64,000 nucleotides of DNA from the NCBI GenBank assembly GCA_963667035.1, contig OY762964.1, forward strand, positions 704,001 through 768,000, read 5' to 3'. Source of the stretch: Candidatus Cloacimonadales bacterium (GTDB lineage Bacteria > Cloacimonadota > Cloacimonadia > Cloacimonadales > JAFGVF01). This document shows positions 8,949 through 19,299 of the stretch, in pieces. The notes under the pieces were generated by a model that did not search any database, was not told the DNA's origin, and saw only the letters and a program-made list of their open reading frames with translations. The translations under genes and the position numbers were made by a program. Position 1 is the first letter of the stretch, and every line of letters begins with the position of its first letter.

Positions 8949-11474
8949 ATGATAGATTTTAAAAAGAAACTTGGAAAGAAGACAATTGAGAAAAAGATTA
9001 ATCCAATAGAACTATATGATTCATTAGATAGAAGAACAGAAACTGGTCCTTTAAGACCTCCCCAAAAATATGTATTAGAAAAATGGTTTAATGATAGAAA
9101 AGAAGATAAGAATCTTATTATTAAACTTCATACTGGAGAAGGAAAAACATTAATTGGTCTTATTATTCTTCAGTCTAAATTGAATGATGGAAAAGCACCT
9201 GTCGCTTATTTGTGCCCAAATATTTATCTATCAACACAAGTAATGCAAGAAGCTGATAAATTCGGTATTCCTTATTGCTTTATTGATGAGGATAAGCAAT
9301 TGCCTTCTGATTTTATTGAAGGTAATAAAATATTGATTACACATATTCAAAAAATGTTCCATTCAAAAACTGTGTTTGGAATTGATAGTAATTCAACGGA
9401 TATTGATAGTATTATCTTAGATGATTCTCATGCATGTATTGACTCTATAAAATCATCATTTACAGTCACAATAAAAAAAGACCATGAGTTGTATGAATTT
9501 TTTATCAATATTTTTGAGGATGATTTCAGAGAACAAGGAGAAGGAAGCTTTATTGATATCAAAAATGAAGATTTTGATACAATTCTTCCACTTCCATATT
9601 GGAGTTGGATAAACAAAAAATCAGAAGTTATTGAAAAAATGGCAGAACATAAAACCTGTAATGAGCTCAAGTATTGTTGGGATTTTATTAAAGATAATAT
9701 TGAGAATTATCAGCTATTCATTTCAGGCTCTAAAATTGAAATAACGCCTTATTTCCCTCCAATTCACCATATTGGATCATTTAGTAATGCATCTCATAGA
9801 ATTCTTATGTCTGCAACAACACAAGATGATTCTTTTTTTATCAAAGGATTAGGTTTTGATGTAAAAGCAGTTCAAAATCCTTTATTGAATCCATCACAAA
9901 TTTGGTCCGGCGAAAAAATGGTTTTGATTCCTAATCTAATTGATGAAAGCCTTGATAGAAGTTTTATGATTCGATTGTTCGGAAAAGTAAGAAAAAAAAG
10001 AAGTTTTGGAACAGTTATTTTATGTAGTAGTTTTAAAAAAGCCAATGAATATTCTGAATCAGGAGCGAAAATAGCTAATTCTGATAATATGTATCAATTA
10101 ATAGCCAATTTAAAAACAGGAGAATACGATTCTTCAATAGTTTTTGCTAACCGATACGATGGTATTGACTTACCTGACAATTGTTGTAGGGTGCTTTTAA
10201 TAGATTCTTTGCCATATTTTGATTCTCTTTCAGATAAATATGAGGAGAGTTGTCTTCCTAAAAGTGATAATATAAAAAAAAAAATTGCTCAAAAAATTGA
10301 ACAAGGTTTAGGAAGATCTGTACGTGGAGAGAAAGATTTTAGTGCAATTGTTTTACTTGGGGATGATTTAGTAAGCTTTGTTAAAAGTTCAAAAACGAAG
10401 AACTACTTTTCAAATCAAACTAAAAAACAAGTTGAATTAGGTATAGATATAATGAACTATGCTAAAGAGGATTTAGATGAAGGAGTCGAACCAAGAAAAG
10501 CTCTTGTTAATGTTTTAAATCAGTTACTTCAAAGAGATGATGGGTGGAAAGCATTTTATAAAGAAGAGATGGATAAAATTTGCATTGATACACATGAGGT
10601 TGACTACTTTGAAGGATTACATCAAGAATATATAGCTGAAAAATCTTGTTATGATCAAGATTATGAAAAAGCTTTCAATATTTTCCAGAAAATAACTGAT
10701 ACAATTGCAAATGATACAGAGAAAGGATGGTATTTACAAACATTAGCTAGATATAAATACAATCTTAGTAAAAGCTCATCAAACACCCTTCAAAAAAGTG
10801 CATTCTTAAAAAATAGACAACTTTTAAAGCCAATTGATGGTATTAGTTATAAAAAAATTGAATTTATACATGAGAACAGAGTTCTTAGAATTAGAAACTG
10901 GATTAATCGTTTTATATCATACCAAGAAATGCTTATATTTATTGATGGTGTTTTTTGCAATTTAACTATAGGTACAGTTGCAGATAAGTTCGAAAAAGCT
11001 CTACAAGAAACAGGAGAAATGTTAGGTCTGTTGAGTGAGAGACCAGAAAAGGAATACAAGAAAGGTCCCGATAATCTTTGGTGTGGTATTGAAAATCACT
11101 ATTTCCTTTTCGAATGCAAAAGTGAAGTAAAAGATACGAGGAATGAAATCTATAAATACGAAGCAGGACAAATGAATAACCATTGTGGGTGGTTTGACAC
11201 AAATTATGATGGAGCTTCTGTATCAAATATTATGATAATTCCTACAAAAGATTTATCTTATCAGGCAGATTTTACTCATCCTGTAAAAATAATGAGGAAA
11301 GGGAAATTAAGAGATCTCAAATCTAATGTTAGATCTTTCTTTAAAGAATTTAAAAATTATAAACTAGAAGATATTACAGATGAGAAATTTCAATCACTAA
11401 TTGATACACATAATATTGATATCAATAGTCTTAAATCAAATTATACAGAAGAATATTACCATAAAACAAAATAG
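8949..11474 (+). CDS. SF2 (DinG-like) helicase with C-terminal PD-(D/E)xK nuclease; Hna-like anti-phage protein
   Basis: Motif I 'KLHTGEGKT', II 'DDSH', III 'MSAT', V 'NRYDGIDL', VI 'QGLGRSVR'; C-terminal 'GPDNLW...FECKS'; 841 aa. Confidence 0.75.
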   Translation: MIDFKKKLGKKTIEKKINPIELYDSLDRRTETGPLRPPQKYVLEKWFNDRKEDKNLIIKLHTGEGKTLIGLIILQSKLNDGKAPVAYLCPNIYLSTQVMQEADKFGIPYCFIDEDKQLPSDFIEGNKILITHIQKMFHSKTVFGIDSNSTDIDSIILDDSHACIDSIKSSFTVTIKKDHELYEFFINIFEDDFREQGEGSFIDIKNEDFDTILPLPYWSWINKKSEVIEKMAEHKTCNELKYCWDFIKDNIENYQLFISGSKIEITPYFPPIHHIGSFSNASHRILMSATTQDDSFFIKGLGFDVKAVQNPLLNPSQIWSGEKMVLIPNLIDESLDRSFMIRLFGKVRKKRSFGTVILCSSFKKANEYSESGAKIANSDNMYQLIANLKTGEYDSSIVFANRYDGIDLPDNCCRVLLIDSLPYFDSLSDKYEESCLPKSDNIKKKIAQKIEQGLGRSVRGEKDFSAIVLLGDDLVSFVKSSKTKNYFSNQTKKQVELGIDIMNYAKEDLDEGVEPRKALVNVLNQLLQRDDGWKAFYKEEMDKICIDTHEVDYFEGLHQEYIAEKSCYDQDYEKAFNIFQKITDTIANDTEKGWYLQTLARYKYNLSKSSSNTLQKSAFLKNRQLLKPIDGISYKKIEFIHENRVLRIRNWINRFISYQEMLIFIDGVFCNLTIGTVADKFEKALQETGEMLGLLSERPEKEYKKGPDNLWCGIENHYFLFECKSEVKDTRNEIYKYEAGQMNNHCGWFDTNYDGASVSNIMIIPTKDLSYQADFTHPVKIMRKGKLRDLKSNVRSFFKEFKNYKLEDITDEKFQSLIDTHNIDINSLKSNYTEEYYHKTK

Positions 11475-11542
11475 ATTTAATAAACTATCTCCGCAGTAGT
11501 CCTACACTTCCAATGAAAGGGTGGAAACGGAGTATGATTTCC

Positions 11543-11575
11543 AGAAACTCCAATGGGGTCACCGTTGGAGTTTCT
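11543..11575. terminator. 14-bp stem hairpin downstream of the helicase (terminator-like)
   Basis: AGAAACTCCAATGG-ggtca-CCGTTGGAGTTTCT, with one G-U pair. Confidence 0.5.
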
Positions 11576-11832
11576 TACTATCTGCTTATCTGAAACCCAA
11601 GTTGCCATTTCTTTGGTCATTTCTCAAGCGGATTTCAATGAATGCTTTCGTCTCCAGTCGTATAAGTGATAAAATCTTCGCAGAGTCTTTAATTTCCTTC
11701 TTCCATGAATTGTTGAGGATTTTGTAAAAATCAGACATCAATCGATCAAAAAGCATATATCAGTTAAGAATTAAAAGTTATAAGGTAAAGAGAATGGTTG
11801 ACATTCGAATAGTGGGTTTCATTTTCAAATGT

Positions 11833-12033
11833 ATGAGTAAATATAATATCATAGCGGAAAAGCCATATGCTTTCGCAATAAGAATTGTGAAGCTGTATAA
11901 ATCTTTGCAGCAAGAGAAAAGGGAATTCACGCTTTCAAAACAGATTTTGCGTGCCGGAACTTCAATTGGAACAAATGTATTAATAACAAGAGGAATGCAA
12001 TCAGACAAAGAATGTAGAGAAACAGAATACTAG
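11833..12033 (+). pseudogene. four-helix-bundle protein (23S rRNA IVP/TIGR02436-like), degenerate
   Basis: 'YAFAIRIVKLYKSLQQEKREFTLSKQILRAGTSIGTNV...KECRETEY*L' matches the family pattern, with an internal deletion and TAG at the conserved Trp. Confidence 0.75.
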
Positions 12034-12136
12034 CTGAGATTGCCAAAAGATGCTATCAGGACTTGACTATACTATATATTATTACTGTATAAAGAGAATA
12101 CTGAAAAGGGAATTGATTTACCGGAAAATAAGACCT

Positions 12137-12667
12137 ATGAACAATGTAAATGTTAGATATGCGACACGCATAGATGCAAGAGAAATCACAGAGTTGCAGA
12201 TTGCATGCTGGAAATCTACTTATAGAGGAATTCTACCTGACTATTTACTTGATAAATCTCAGGAACAAGTTGAGTCCGGTATTGTAAACAGAGAGAAGAG
12301 AATTGCTGAGGGTGATAATCTTGGATGGCCCAATATCGTGGCGGAATATGATAACAGAATAATTGGATGGGTTGCCGGTGGACTTAATCAGAATCCTGCT
12401 TTTCCTTATGAAGTAGATCTACAGGCTATCTACATTCTAAAAGAATTTCAAAAGCAAGGCATTGGCAGAATAATGGTTAAAGCCTTTGCAAAACTAATGC
12501 TTTATAATGGCACTAGTTCAATGATTATTTGGGTATTAAAAGATAACTGTAATGCAATACAGTTTTACTCTAGGTTAGGCGGTAAAATTATTGGAGAGAA
12601 GATGTTTCTTGATACTTATCCGTTAATAGGCTTTGGTTGGGAAGATGTTAGCGGATTGCTATACTAG
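12137..12667 (+). CDS. GNAT family N-acetyltransferase
   Basis: 'VRYATRIDAREI', 'AIYILKEFQKQGIGR', 'WVLKDN..AIQFYSRLGG'; start at 12137 preferred over 12050. Confidence 0.88.
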   Translation: MNNVNVRYATRIDAREITELQIACWKSTYRGILPDYLLDKSQEQVESGIVNREKRIAEGDNLGWPNIVAEYDNRIIGWVAGGLNQNPAFPYEVDLQAIYILKEFQKQGIGRIMVKAFAKLMLYNGTSSMIIWVLKDNCNAIQFYSRLGGKIIGEKMFLDTYPLIGFGWEDVSGLLY

Positions 12668-12880
12668 CTTTTAAAAGGCAAGTTGTCCAAAACTATTATA
12701 ACTGTAATGTCAGGCACAGGGTAGATTCATTACTTAGTTTTTCTTGTTCAATGAAACCATATTTCATGTATAATCTGATTGCCTGTTTGTTCTCAGTTTT
12801 AGCGAACAGAATCAAGGAAACAAGAATTTTTAGTAATGCATAAAAATCGCACATTTCTGTTTCAAATCTATATCACCGGA

Positions 12881-13030
12881 CTCTCATTGCTCTATCATAA
12901 TACAGGGCTGAAATTTGTCCGATTCTAGAGAGTCTCTTGAGGGTCTCCTATTGAAATGGTTAAGAAACCGGTACGAATCGGGGTAGTAAATGAGGGATTT
13001 TCGATAATAATTATGATAGGACAAAGAGAG
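12881..13030. repeat. 150-bp imperfect palindrome with weak 11-bp phasing (element B)
   Basis: Outer IR 12881-12901/13010-13030 (18/21 match); inner IR CCGATTC/GAATCGG at 12919/12981. Confidence 0.6.
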
Positions 13031-13395
13031 AGCATTTAACTAGTTATGAGACTTTAACCTATTGCTACTAGCTAATGATTTGCTTACCAAAAACCTACAC
13101 TTTTAAATGTGTGATTATTGTCATAAATGTTCTTATATTTGTCACGATAAAAAACTTCATGGGTACTCTTAGCAATAATAAATTCATTAAAAGCACATTA
13201 TTTGAAGTAAAGAATCACTACTCATGATCTATGATGAGTTTCTGAAGAGTAATATGGAATATATAGAAAAGTAGAATAATAACTATCAAGAGAATTGCAA
13301 ATTGTGAAAGTATTAGTGAAGTTTTATAGTTACTTTCATGTTTTATAAATTGAGTTTATAATAATTTAAGTGGCACTACTCTAACAATTATTTTA

Positions 13396-13437
13396 TTGAC
13401 AGTAACATGAAAACTAAATAAATAAGAACATTGTTCT
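13396..13437 (+). promoter_or_regulatory. sigma70-like promoter with candidate TetR operator
   Basis: TTGACA at 13396; palindrome AGAACA-T-TGTTCT at 13425-13437; near-copy AGAACAATGTACT at 14123-14135. Confidence 0.55.
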
Positions 13438-13451
13438 CTTAAGGATGGTAA

Positions 13452-14078
13452 ATGCAGTTTAAGAAAGAATTTATGCGTAGTGCGATATTGGGGAACGCAA
13501 GAGCGGAGTTCCTTGAAAAAGGTTTTAGGGATGCAACAATTCGTTCAATTGCAAAGAGAGCTGATACTGCTCCCAGTAACATATATAATTATTATAAAAA
13601 TAAAGATGAGATATTCTGTGCAGTCTTAGAAAATTTCATGAATCGGTTTAGGATTGCACAGAAGAATTTTGAAGAGCATATATACTGTGATAACCACAAT
13701 GCAGATGCTAAACATCAACATCAGATGATTATTGATATGCTTCAGGCAATAAAGGATAATCAGACCGATTTGATACTGTTAATCGATAAATCTAAAGGAT
13801 CTTCTCATGAATTCTTTATCAGAGATGTTAATGATTGGTATATGGAGATTCTTAAGAAGGATTTAGATAATACTGTGGAGAGAATGAGTTTACCTAAAAT
13901 AAGTTTTCAAAACGATACAATGCATCTGTTATCAGGAATGGTTATTTCTTTAATTGTGACTACTATTTATGAGAATGTGGAAGCTGAGACATTATTAGAT
14001 GTTGCAAGTGAGATAAGTCAGTTCTTTGCTTCAGGTTGGCTGGGACTGATAGAGTGGAAGACTAATCAATCCGGCTAA
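13452..14078 (+). CDS. TetR/AcrR family transcriptional regulator
   Basis: N-terminal HTH 'ARAEFLEKGFRDATIRSIAKRA....SNIYNYYKNKDEIF'. Confidence 0.92.
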   Translation: MQFKKEFMRSAILGNARAEFLEKGFRDATIRSIAKRADTAPSNIYNYYKNKDEIFCAVLENFMNRFRIAQKNFEEHIYCDNHNADAKHQHQMIIDMLQAIKDNQTDLILLIDKSKGSSHEFFIRDVNDWYMEILKKDLDNTVERMSLPKISFQNDTMHLLSGMVISLIVTTIYENVEAETLLDVASEISQFFASGWLGLIEWKTNQSG

Positions 14079-14149
14079 CTAATCAGTTAACAAAACGATA
14101 GATAATAATAACGAACATAAAAAGAACAATGTACTTTATTGGAGTGTGT

Positions 14150-16432
14150 ATGAAAAAAATGCTAATACTGTTAATGCTAATAAGCTTAACACTACTGGAA
14201 GCGGGAGAGTGGACTAGTTCAGTGAAAGGGATTATAACTGACTCGGTTACAGGATTCCCGATTCCTCACGTAATTGTTGCCTTATCAGATTCAACCCTGT
14301 CAGTGACATCTGATGAACAAGGAAACTATTCAATTGATGCAATTAAACCGGGAGTTTACACCTTTAACTTTTTCAGAATCGGTTATGATAGACAGTCTTT
14401 AGTAAACCGGATTGTAAAACCTAATAGAACTCTTCAACTTGATGTTGCATTGAATAGACGAGTATTTGCTATTGAAGGAGTAAAGGCTAAGTCACAGGAA
14501 TACTTCGCCGAAGCGTCAAATAATAAGGTCTCTACTACAGGATTTGATAATGAAGAGATTAGAAGAGCTCCCGGAGCTGCAGGAGACATAAGTAGAATGT
14601 TAACTTCTCTCCCTTCAGTATCCGGAACAGGGGGTTCTAACAATAATCTTGTAGTAAGAGGGGGAAATCCTATTGAGAATGGATTCTATGTTGATGGTAT
14701 TGAAGTACCAAATATAAGTCATTTCCCTGGGCAAGGTATAACCGGAGGACCTATAGGTCTGCTAAATGTAGATTTCATTAATAATATCAATTTTAGCTCA
14801 GGAGGCTTTAGTACTGCTTTTAACAATAAGCTCTCGTCTGTATCAGATATAGCATTCCGAACAGGTAATGATAAAAGTTACGATTACCAAGCATCTTTGG
14901 ATTTCATAGGTTATGGATTCATTGCCGAAGGTCCTATCAAGAAAGACAGAAGCTCATTCATGGTCGCATTGAGAAGGAGTTATCTTGATTTGATTACAAA
15001 TATGGTAGATTTAGGAACAACATCAGTACCTTGGTATGGAGATTTACAGGGAAAACTCTCGTTTGATATTGATAAAGAAAATAAGCTATCCGTAATATTT
15101 GTTAGTGGGGATGACCACTCCGAATCAACACGTGATATGGCGGAAGATGAAGATATGCTATATTATGGTGATCAGAATATTTATATGAACACAGTTGGTT
15201 TGAATTGGAGAAAGATGCTTGGAACAGCTACATCTCATGAACTCATGCTTTCTTGGAATTCCATGTATTATAACGAGGATTTCTTTGAACCGGCAACAGG
15301 TATGAATCTTGTTGCAAATCATTCTCATCAGCAGCAAATAACTATTAAGAATAGGTTAAGACATCAGTTTAATTCAAAGAATCTGATATCGGGAGGCTTA
15401 AGCATAAAATTGAATCTGGATGAGATTGATAATTCATACGGTGACACAATTGACCAATACGGAACGACTATTGAAGGAGAGAGTGTCAATTCTACAAGAG
15501 ATGATATAATTGCGGGAGGATATATAGAGTATGATTTGAAAACATTTGATCGTATGTCTATAAATGCAAGTATAAGTGGAGATTACTATGAGAAAAGTGA
15601 TGAATCTGCTTTCTCGGCTAGGTTTATGACTAGATATCAAGTATTTGAGAATACTTATTTTACCGGAGCATTAGGTAAGTATCATCAGGAGTTACCGTCG
15701 GTTTTGTTAGTACAGCAAGAAGAGTATCCTCTACTTAGTGCCAATCACTTTGTTATTGGTTTAGAGCAAATCATAACTCCATCACTGAAGCTTACTCTTG
15801 AAGCGTACCATAAAGAGTATTCTAATATGCCAATAGATTCTAATACACCGGAACTCTTTGTTTTGGATGAGCCGTTCTACGATAACGGTTTATATTCAAT
15901 CCATCCTAATCTGTTATCGGATGGTAAATCGTCTAGTGATGGAATAGAAGCATCTATACAAAAGAAGATGGTAGGTGATTTCTATGGGATGATTAGCGGT
16001 TCGTACTTCAAAAGTGAGTATGAAGGATTAAGTGGCAAATCTTACAGTAGAAGTTATGATAACATATATTTTGCGAATATCCAGATAGGTTATAGACCTA
16101 ATTTTAGTTGGGAATTCAGTGGTAAATGGACCTTCTCGGGAGGTGCTCCATATACTCCGTTTGATGAGGAGGCATCTATTGCTTCAGGTCAGGGAGTACT
16201 GGATACTAGCAGAATAAATAAAGAAAGATATCCTGATTATCATTCACTTGATTTGAGAATTGATAAACGAATCTTCTTTAGACAATCGTCTCTCGTAACC
16301 TATCTTTCTGTATGGAATGTCTACAATCGTAGCAATGTCGGTTCTTACTACTGGAATCCGTTTACAAATAAGCAGGATACAGTTTATAATTGGGGTATGC
16401 TTCCTGTATTGGGAATAGAGTTTGAATTCTAG
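14150..16432 (+). CDS. TonB-dependent receptor with N-terminal carboxypeptidase-regulatory-like domain
   Basis: Signal peptide from ATG 14150 (GGAG RBS); plug 'LPSV...LVVRGG..EN.FYVDGIEVPN'; C-terminal 'YHSLDLRIDK...NVYNR...GIEFEF'. Confidence 0.88.
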   Translation: MKKMLILLMLISLTLLEAGEWTSSVKGIITDSVTGFPIPHVIVALSDSTLSVTSDEQGNYSIDAIKPGVYTFNFFRIGYDRQSLVNRIVKPNRTLQLDVALNRRVFAIEGVKAKSQEYFAEASNNKVSTTGFDNEEIRRAPGAAGDISRMLTSLPSVSGTGGSNNNLVVRGGNPIENGFYVDGIEVPNISHFPGQGITGGPIGLLNVDFINNINFSSGGFSTAFNNKLSSVSDIAFRTGNDKSYDYQASLDFIGYGFIAEGPIKKDRSSFMVALRRSYLDLITNMVDLGTTSVPWYGDLQGKLSFDIDKENKLSVIFVSGDDHSESTRDMAEDEDMLYYGDQNIYMNTVGLNWRKMLGTATSHELMLSWNSMYYNEDFFEPATGMNLVANHSHQQQITIKNRLRHQFNSKNLISGGLSIKLNLDEIDNSYGDTIDQYGTTIEGESVNSTRDDIIAGGYIEYDLKTFDRMSINASISGDYYEKSDESAFSARFMTRYQVFENTYFTGALGKYHQELPSVLLVQQEEYPLLSANHFVIGLEQIITPSLKLTLEAYHKEYSNMPIDSNTPELFVLDEPFYDNGLYSIHPNLLSDGKSSSDGIEASIQKKMVGDFYGMISGSYFKSEYEGLSGKSYSRSYDNIYFANIQIGYRPNFSWEFSGKWTFSGGAPYTPFDEEASIASGQGVLDTSRINKERYPDYHSLDLRIDKRIFFRQSSLVTYLSVWNVYNRSNVGSYYWNPFTNKQDTVYNWGMLPVLGIEFEF

Positions 16433-16548
16433 ATAATCAATAATATACAACTATCGGTAAAGTCTTATGCAATATTATACAATATTAAGCTTGACACGAT
16501 TGTAAAGAATAAAGTTTTATCTCTAAGATTAATCAAAAGGAGATTAAA

Positions 16549-17409
16549 ATGAAGTTTATTACTCTTGAAGAAGCGAGTAAGCTGTTAAATCTCCACCCTG
16601 AAGTAGTTAGGAAGAAAGCTAGACAGGGTGAGATTCCGGCAGTGAAACTCGGAAATGGATTAAGAGCCCCATGGCGATTTAGTCAGGAAGAGATTGAGAA
16701 GTACATTGCAGGAGAATCTGCTCCGTTGAAAGAAGCTGAGTTACATGAGAACTATCTAACAAAGCTTATTCATCAGATGAAAACAATGACAGATGAGGAG
16801 AAGATAGTTTCAGCTATTCATGAAATAGGTCTATTAGGTAGTGAAGATGCTGTGCCTGAACTAACCAGAAACTTACTGGATGACGATACTGATGATACAA
16901 TAAAATACTATTCAATCAGGGCTCTATTATTGATTCTTGGTGTGGATTCCAGAAAATATGTATACAAATACATTGATTATCCTAATCCATGGATATCAAT
17001 TGAAGTTGCCTTATACTTTGCCAAGAAAGAGTTGGATGAGAAAGCTATTGATTTTTTGAAGAAGAGCTATGCTACAAGGAAAGATTATAACTCATTGATT
17101 GCATTAGCACAAATTGATTATGAGTATGTTAAAGAGGACTTCTTAGCATTGTTTGACCATAAAGCCGTTGTATACAGATACAAAGCGTTAACTATCCTCG
17201 ATAATGTTAAGGGTGCTGATTATGAAGCAATCCTCAAATCACTTCTCACAGATAGAGAGCATAAAGTTAGACGTAAAGCAATACAGCTTGTCGGGGAGTT
17301 AAAAGTAAAGTCACTTTTACCTGATTTAACCGCTCTCTTAACCGAGAATATTACGGATGACTTTAAGAAATGTATTGGTAATTCAATTTCAGGTATGTTT
17401 AGTAGATAA
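16549..17409 (+). CDS. excisionase-type HTH (HTH_17) domain fused to HEAT repeats
   Basis: 'ITLEEASKLLNLHPEVVRKKARQGEIPAVKLG...WRFS' plus HEAT-like 'AVPELTRNL', 'LLTDREHKVRRKAIQLVGEL'; AGGAG RBS. Confidence 0.75.
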   Translation: MKFITLEEASKLLNLHPEVVRKKARQGEIPAVKLGNGLRAPWRFSQEEIEKYIAGESAPLKEAELHENYLTKLIHQMKTMTDEEKIVSAIHEIGLLGSEDAVPELTRNLLDDDTDDTIKYYSIRALLLILGVDSRKYVYKYIDYPNPWISIEVALYFAKKELDEKAIDFLKKSYATRKDYNSLIALAQIDYEYVKEDFLALFDHKAVVYRYKALTILDNVKGADYEAILKSLLTDREHKVRRKAIQLVGELKVKSLLPDLTALLTENITDDFKKCIGNSISGMFSR

Positions 17410-17509
17410 ATAACGAGCTGTCATTGCTAATCCTTGTGACAGCTCATTGTTAAATTCAAACAAAAAAGGCAACCACATTAGTGATTGCCTTAATACTAAA
17501 CAGATATTT

Positions 17510-17818
17510 TTACAGGACAGAGTTGATTTTATCAACAAGTGCTTGTTTTGGAACTACACCAATAGTAGTATCCATAGCTTTTCCATCCTTAAAGATCATA
17601 ATGGTAGGGATGCTCATAATTCCAAATTTAGCTGCAATTTCAGGGCTGGAATCAACATTACATTTTCCAACCTTAATGTTTGGTATTTCTTGTGATATAG
17701 CATCAATATGTGGTGCTATCATTCTGCATGGTCCACACCAAGGAGCCCAAAAGTCTACTACGGTTACTCCCTCTTTTACAGTTTCTTCGAAATTAGCGGT
17801 TGTTATTTCGAGTGGCAT
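17510..17818 (-). CDS. trxA: thioredoxin
   Basis: 'VVDFWAPWCGPCRMIAP', 'IMSIPT', 102 aa. Confidence 0.96.
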   Translation of the reverse strand: MPLEITTANFEETVKEGVTVVDFWAPWCGPCRMIAPHIDAISQEIPNIKVGKCNVDSSPEIAAKFGIMSIPTIMIFKDGKAMDTTIGVVPKQALVDKINSVL

Positions 17819-17932
17819 ATTCTCCTCCTATGAGTAATTTTTTCTTAACTGTAATTATTATAGTTATATTTTGTAGCAAAACAAATTCTTGTTGCAATTT
17901 TTTTTCATTTATAGAGATTTGACAATGAATTT

Positions 17933-18844
17933 ATGTATAGGAAGTCACTAATGAAAAAGAAAATAAGAAATCTGATGGAATATATACCTTTCATTATCTT
18001 AATGAAGACGTTGGCTTTAATGCCTTACAAGCTTGTCCTATGGATAATTGAGAGTTTGTTTGTTGCTGTTGGTTATGGAATTGGTATAAGAAAGGAAGTA
18101 GCTCGAAAACAATTGAGAATGGTATACCAAGATAAAACCGATAAAGAGATTAATCAGATATTGAAGAAGATGTATAAGACCATGGGCTCTACAACGGCAG
18201 AGGTCTATTTCTCATCACATGAACGAACACTTGCTAATACGGATGCAGTAGGTTTAGAGCATGTACATAAAGCTTTGGAAAAGGGTAAAGGTGTTATTTT
18301 AGCCTCTGCTCATTTTGGGAACTGGGAATCTTGTATGGATCTTTTCCTACAGGAGAATATCAAACTTACAGGAATTGCCAAAACGCAAAGAAACAGATAT
18401 TTTGATAACTACCAAAATAACTTGAGAGCAAAAAGAGGAGTAACTCATATTCCTTACAAACATGCTTTAAAGTTAACGTTAAAGCGTCTGTCAGAGAACT
18501 ATGCAATAGCTATTGTTAGTGACCAAAATGCAGGTAAGACAGGTATAAAACTTGATTTCTTAGGACATCCTGCTTCCGTTTATGTTGGACCGGCTAAGAT
18601 AGCATTAAAAACCAAGAGTCCAATAATAGTATGCGTAGCTTTGAAAGAAGACAATAGAAGAAACAAAATTGTCTTTGAAGAGCCAATCTATACTGATAAT
18701 CTAGAAAGTAATGACTCCAATATGATATTTATAACCGAACAGATTAACAGAAAACTTGAGAAATACATCTGTCAATATCCCCACCTTTGGTTTTGGGTAC
18801 ACAAACGTTGGAAAGGTGCAAATAAAGCTAGAGTAATAGATTAA
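17933..18844 (+). CDS. lipid A biosynthesis late acyltransferase (LpxL/HtrB family)
   Basis: 'GKGVILASAHFGNWE', 'SDQNAG', 'FLGHPA', 'YPHLWFWVHKRWK'. Confidence 0.9.
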   Translation: MYRKSLMKKKIRNLMEYIPFIILMKTLALMPYKLVLWIIESLFVAVGYGIGIRKEVARKQLRMVYQDKTDKEINQILKKMYKTMGSTTAEVYFSSHERTLANTDAVGLEHVHKALEKGKGVILASAHFGNWESCMDLFLQENIKLTGIAKTQRNRYFDNYQNNLRAKRGVTHIPYKHALKLTLKRLSENYAIAIVSDQNAGKTGIKLDFLGHPASVYVGPAKIALKTKSPIIVCVALKEDNRRNKIVFEEPIYTDNLESNDSNMIFITEQINRKLEKYICQYPHLWFWVHKRWKGANKARVID

Positions 18845-18903
18845 TAAAACAATACATACATGGATGTTACTCACAAAATGTAACTAGAGTTTGATGAATC
18901 TAC

Positions 18904-19290
18904 TTAATCAAGATTAACTAATATTATCTCATCTAATATGCCATTTTGCTCATAATGTGAATAATTGTAGATTAGTCCATAGCCTGGTGAGTAGTAGTAA
19001 TACACTTCATATTGAACCGAAGAATTATCCATGTATGAGTATAGTCTGTATTCTATGCATCTGAACTTACCCTCAGGTGTATCGATTACTTTATTCTTTG
19101 ACGTGCACTCACCTATAGTATCAGACATCATATCGTCAGCAGTATTATAAAAGACAGTCTAAGTCTCACAAATTTCAATAGGATATTTTACAAACAGATA
19201 CGTTAACTCTTCGTATAAATCAGTTTCATTGCCTAAAACTCTTTTAGGTTGATTAAGTGATTGTACCCCTATTTTCTACCGAATGGATCA
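18904..19290 (-). pseudogene. degenerate tandem paralog of the 19300-20058 lipoprotein
   Basis: 'LFVKYPIEICET*TVFY...ECTSKNKVIDTPEGKFRCIEYR...YYYYSPGYGLI' aligns to 'LIAKYPIAYEEEWVLMY...CNSKDLKITTPAGVFNCIVYR...YYYYAENVGLV'; TAG at the Trp position. Confidence 0.7.
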
Positions 19291-19299
19291 TAATTCCAC

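Noticed and set aside
11833..12033. Four-helix-bundle gene as the Avd of a diversity-generating retroelement
   Set aside because: The gene is degenerate, and I saw no reverse transcriptase or TR/VR pair with adenine-specific differences in the window.
6790..12700. Prophage or ICE integrated at tRNA-Asp
   Set aside because: No integrase, phage or conjugation genes, and no downstream duplicate of the tRNA 3' end was found.
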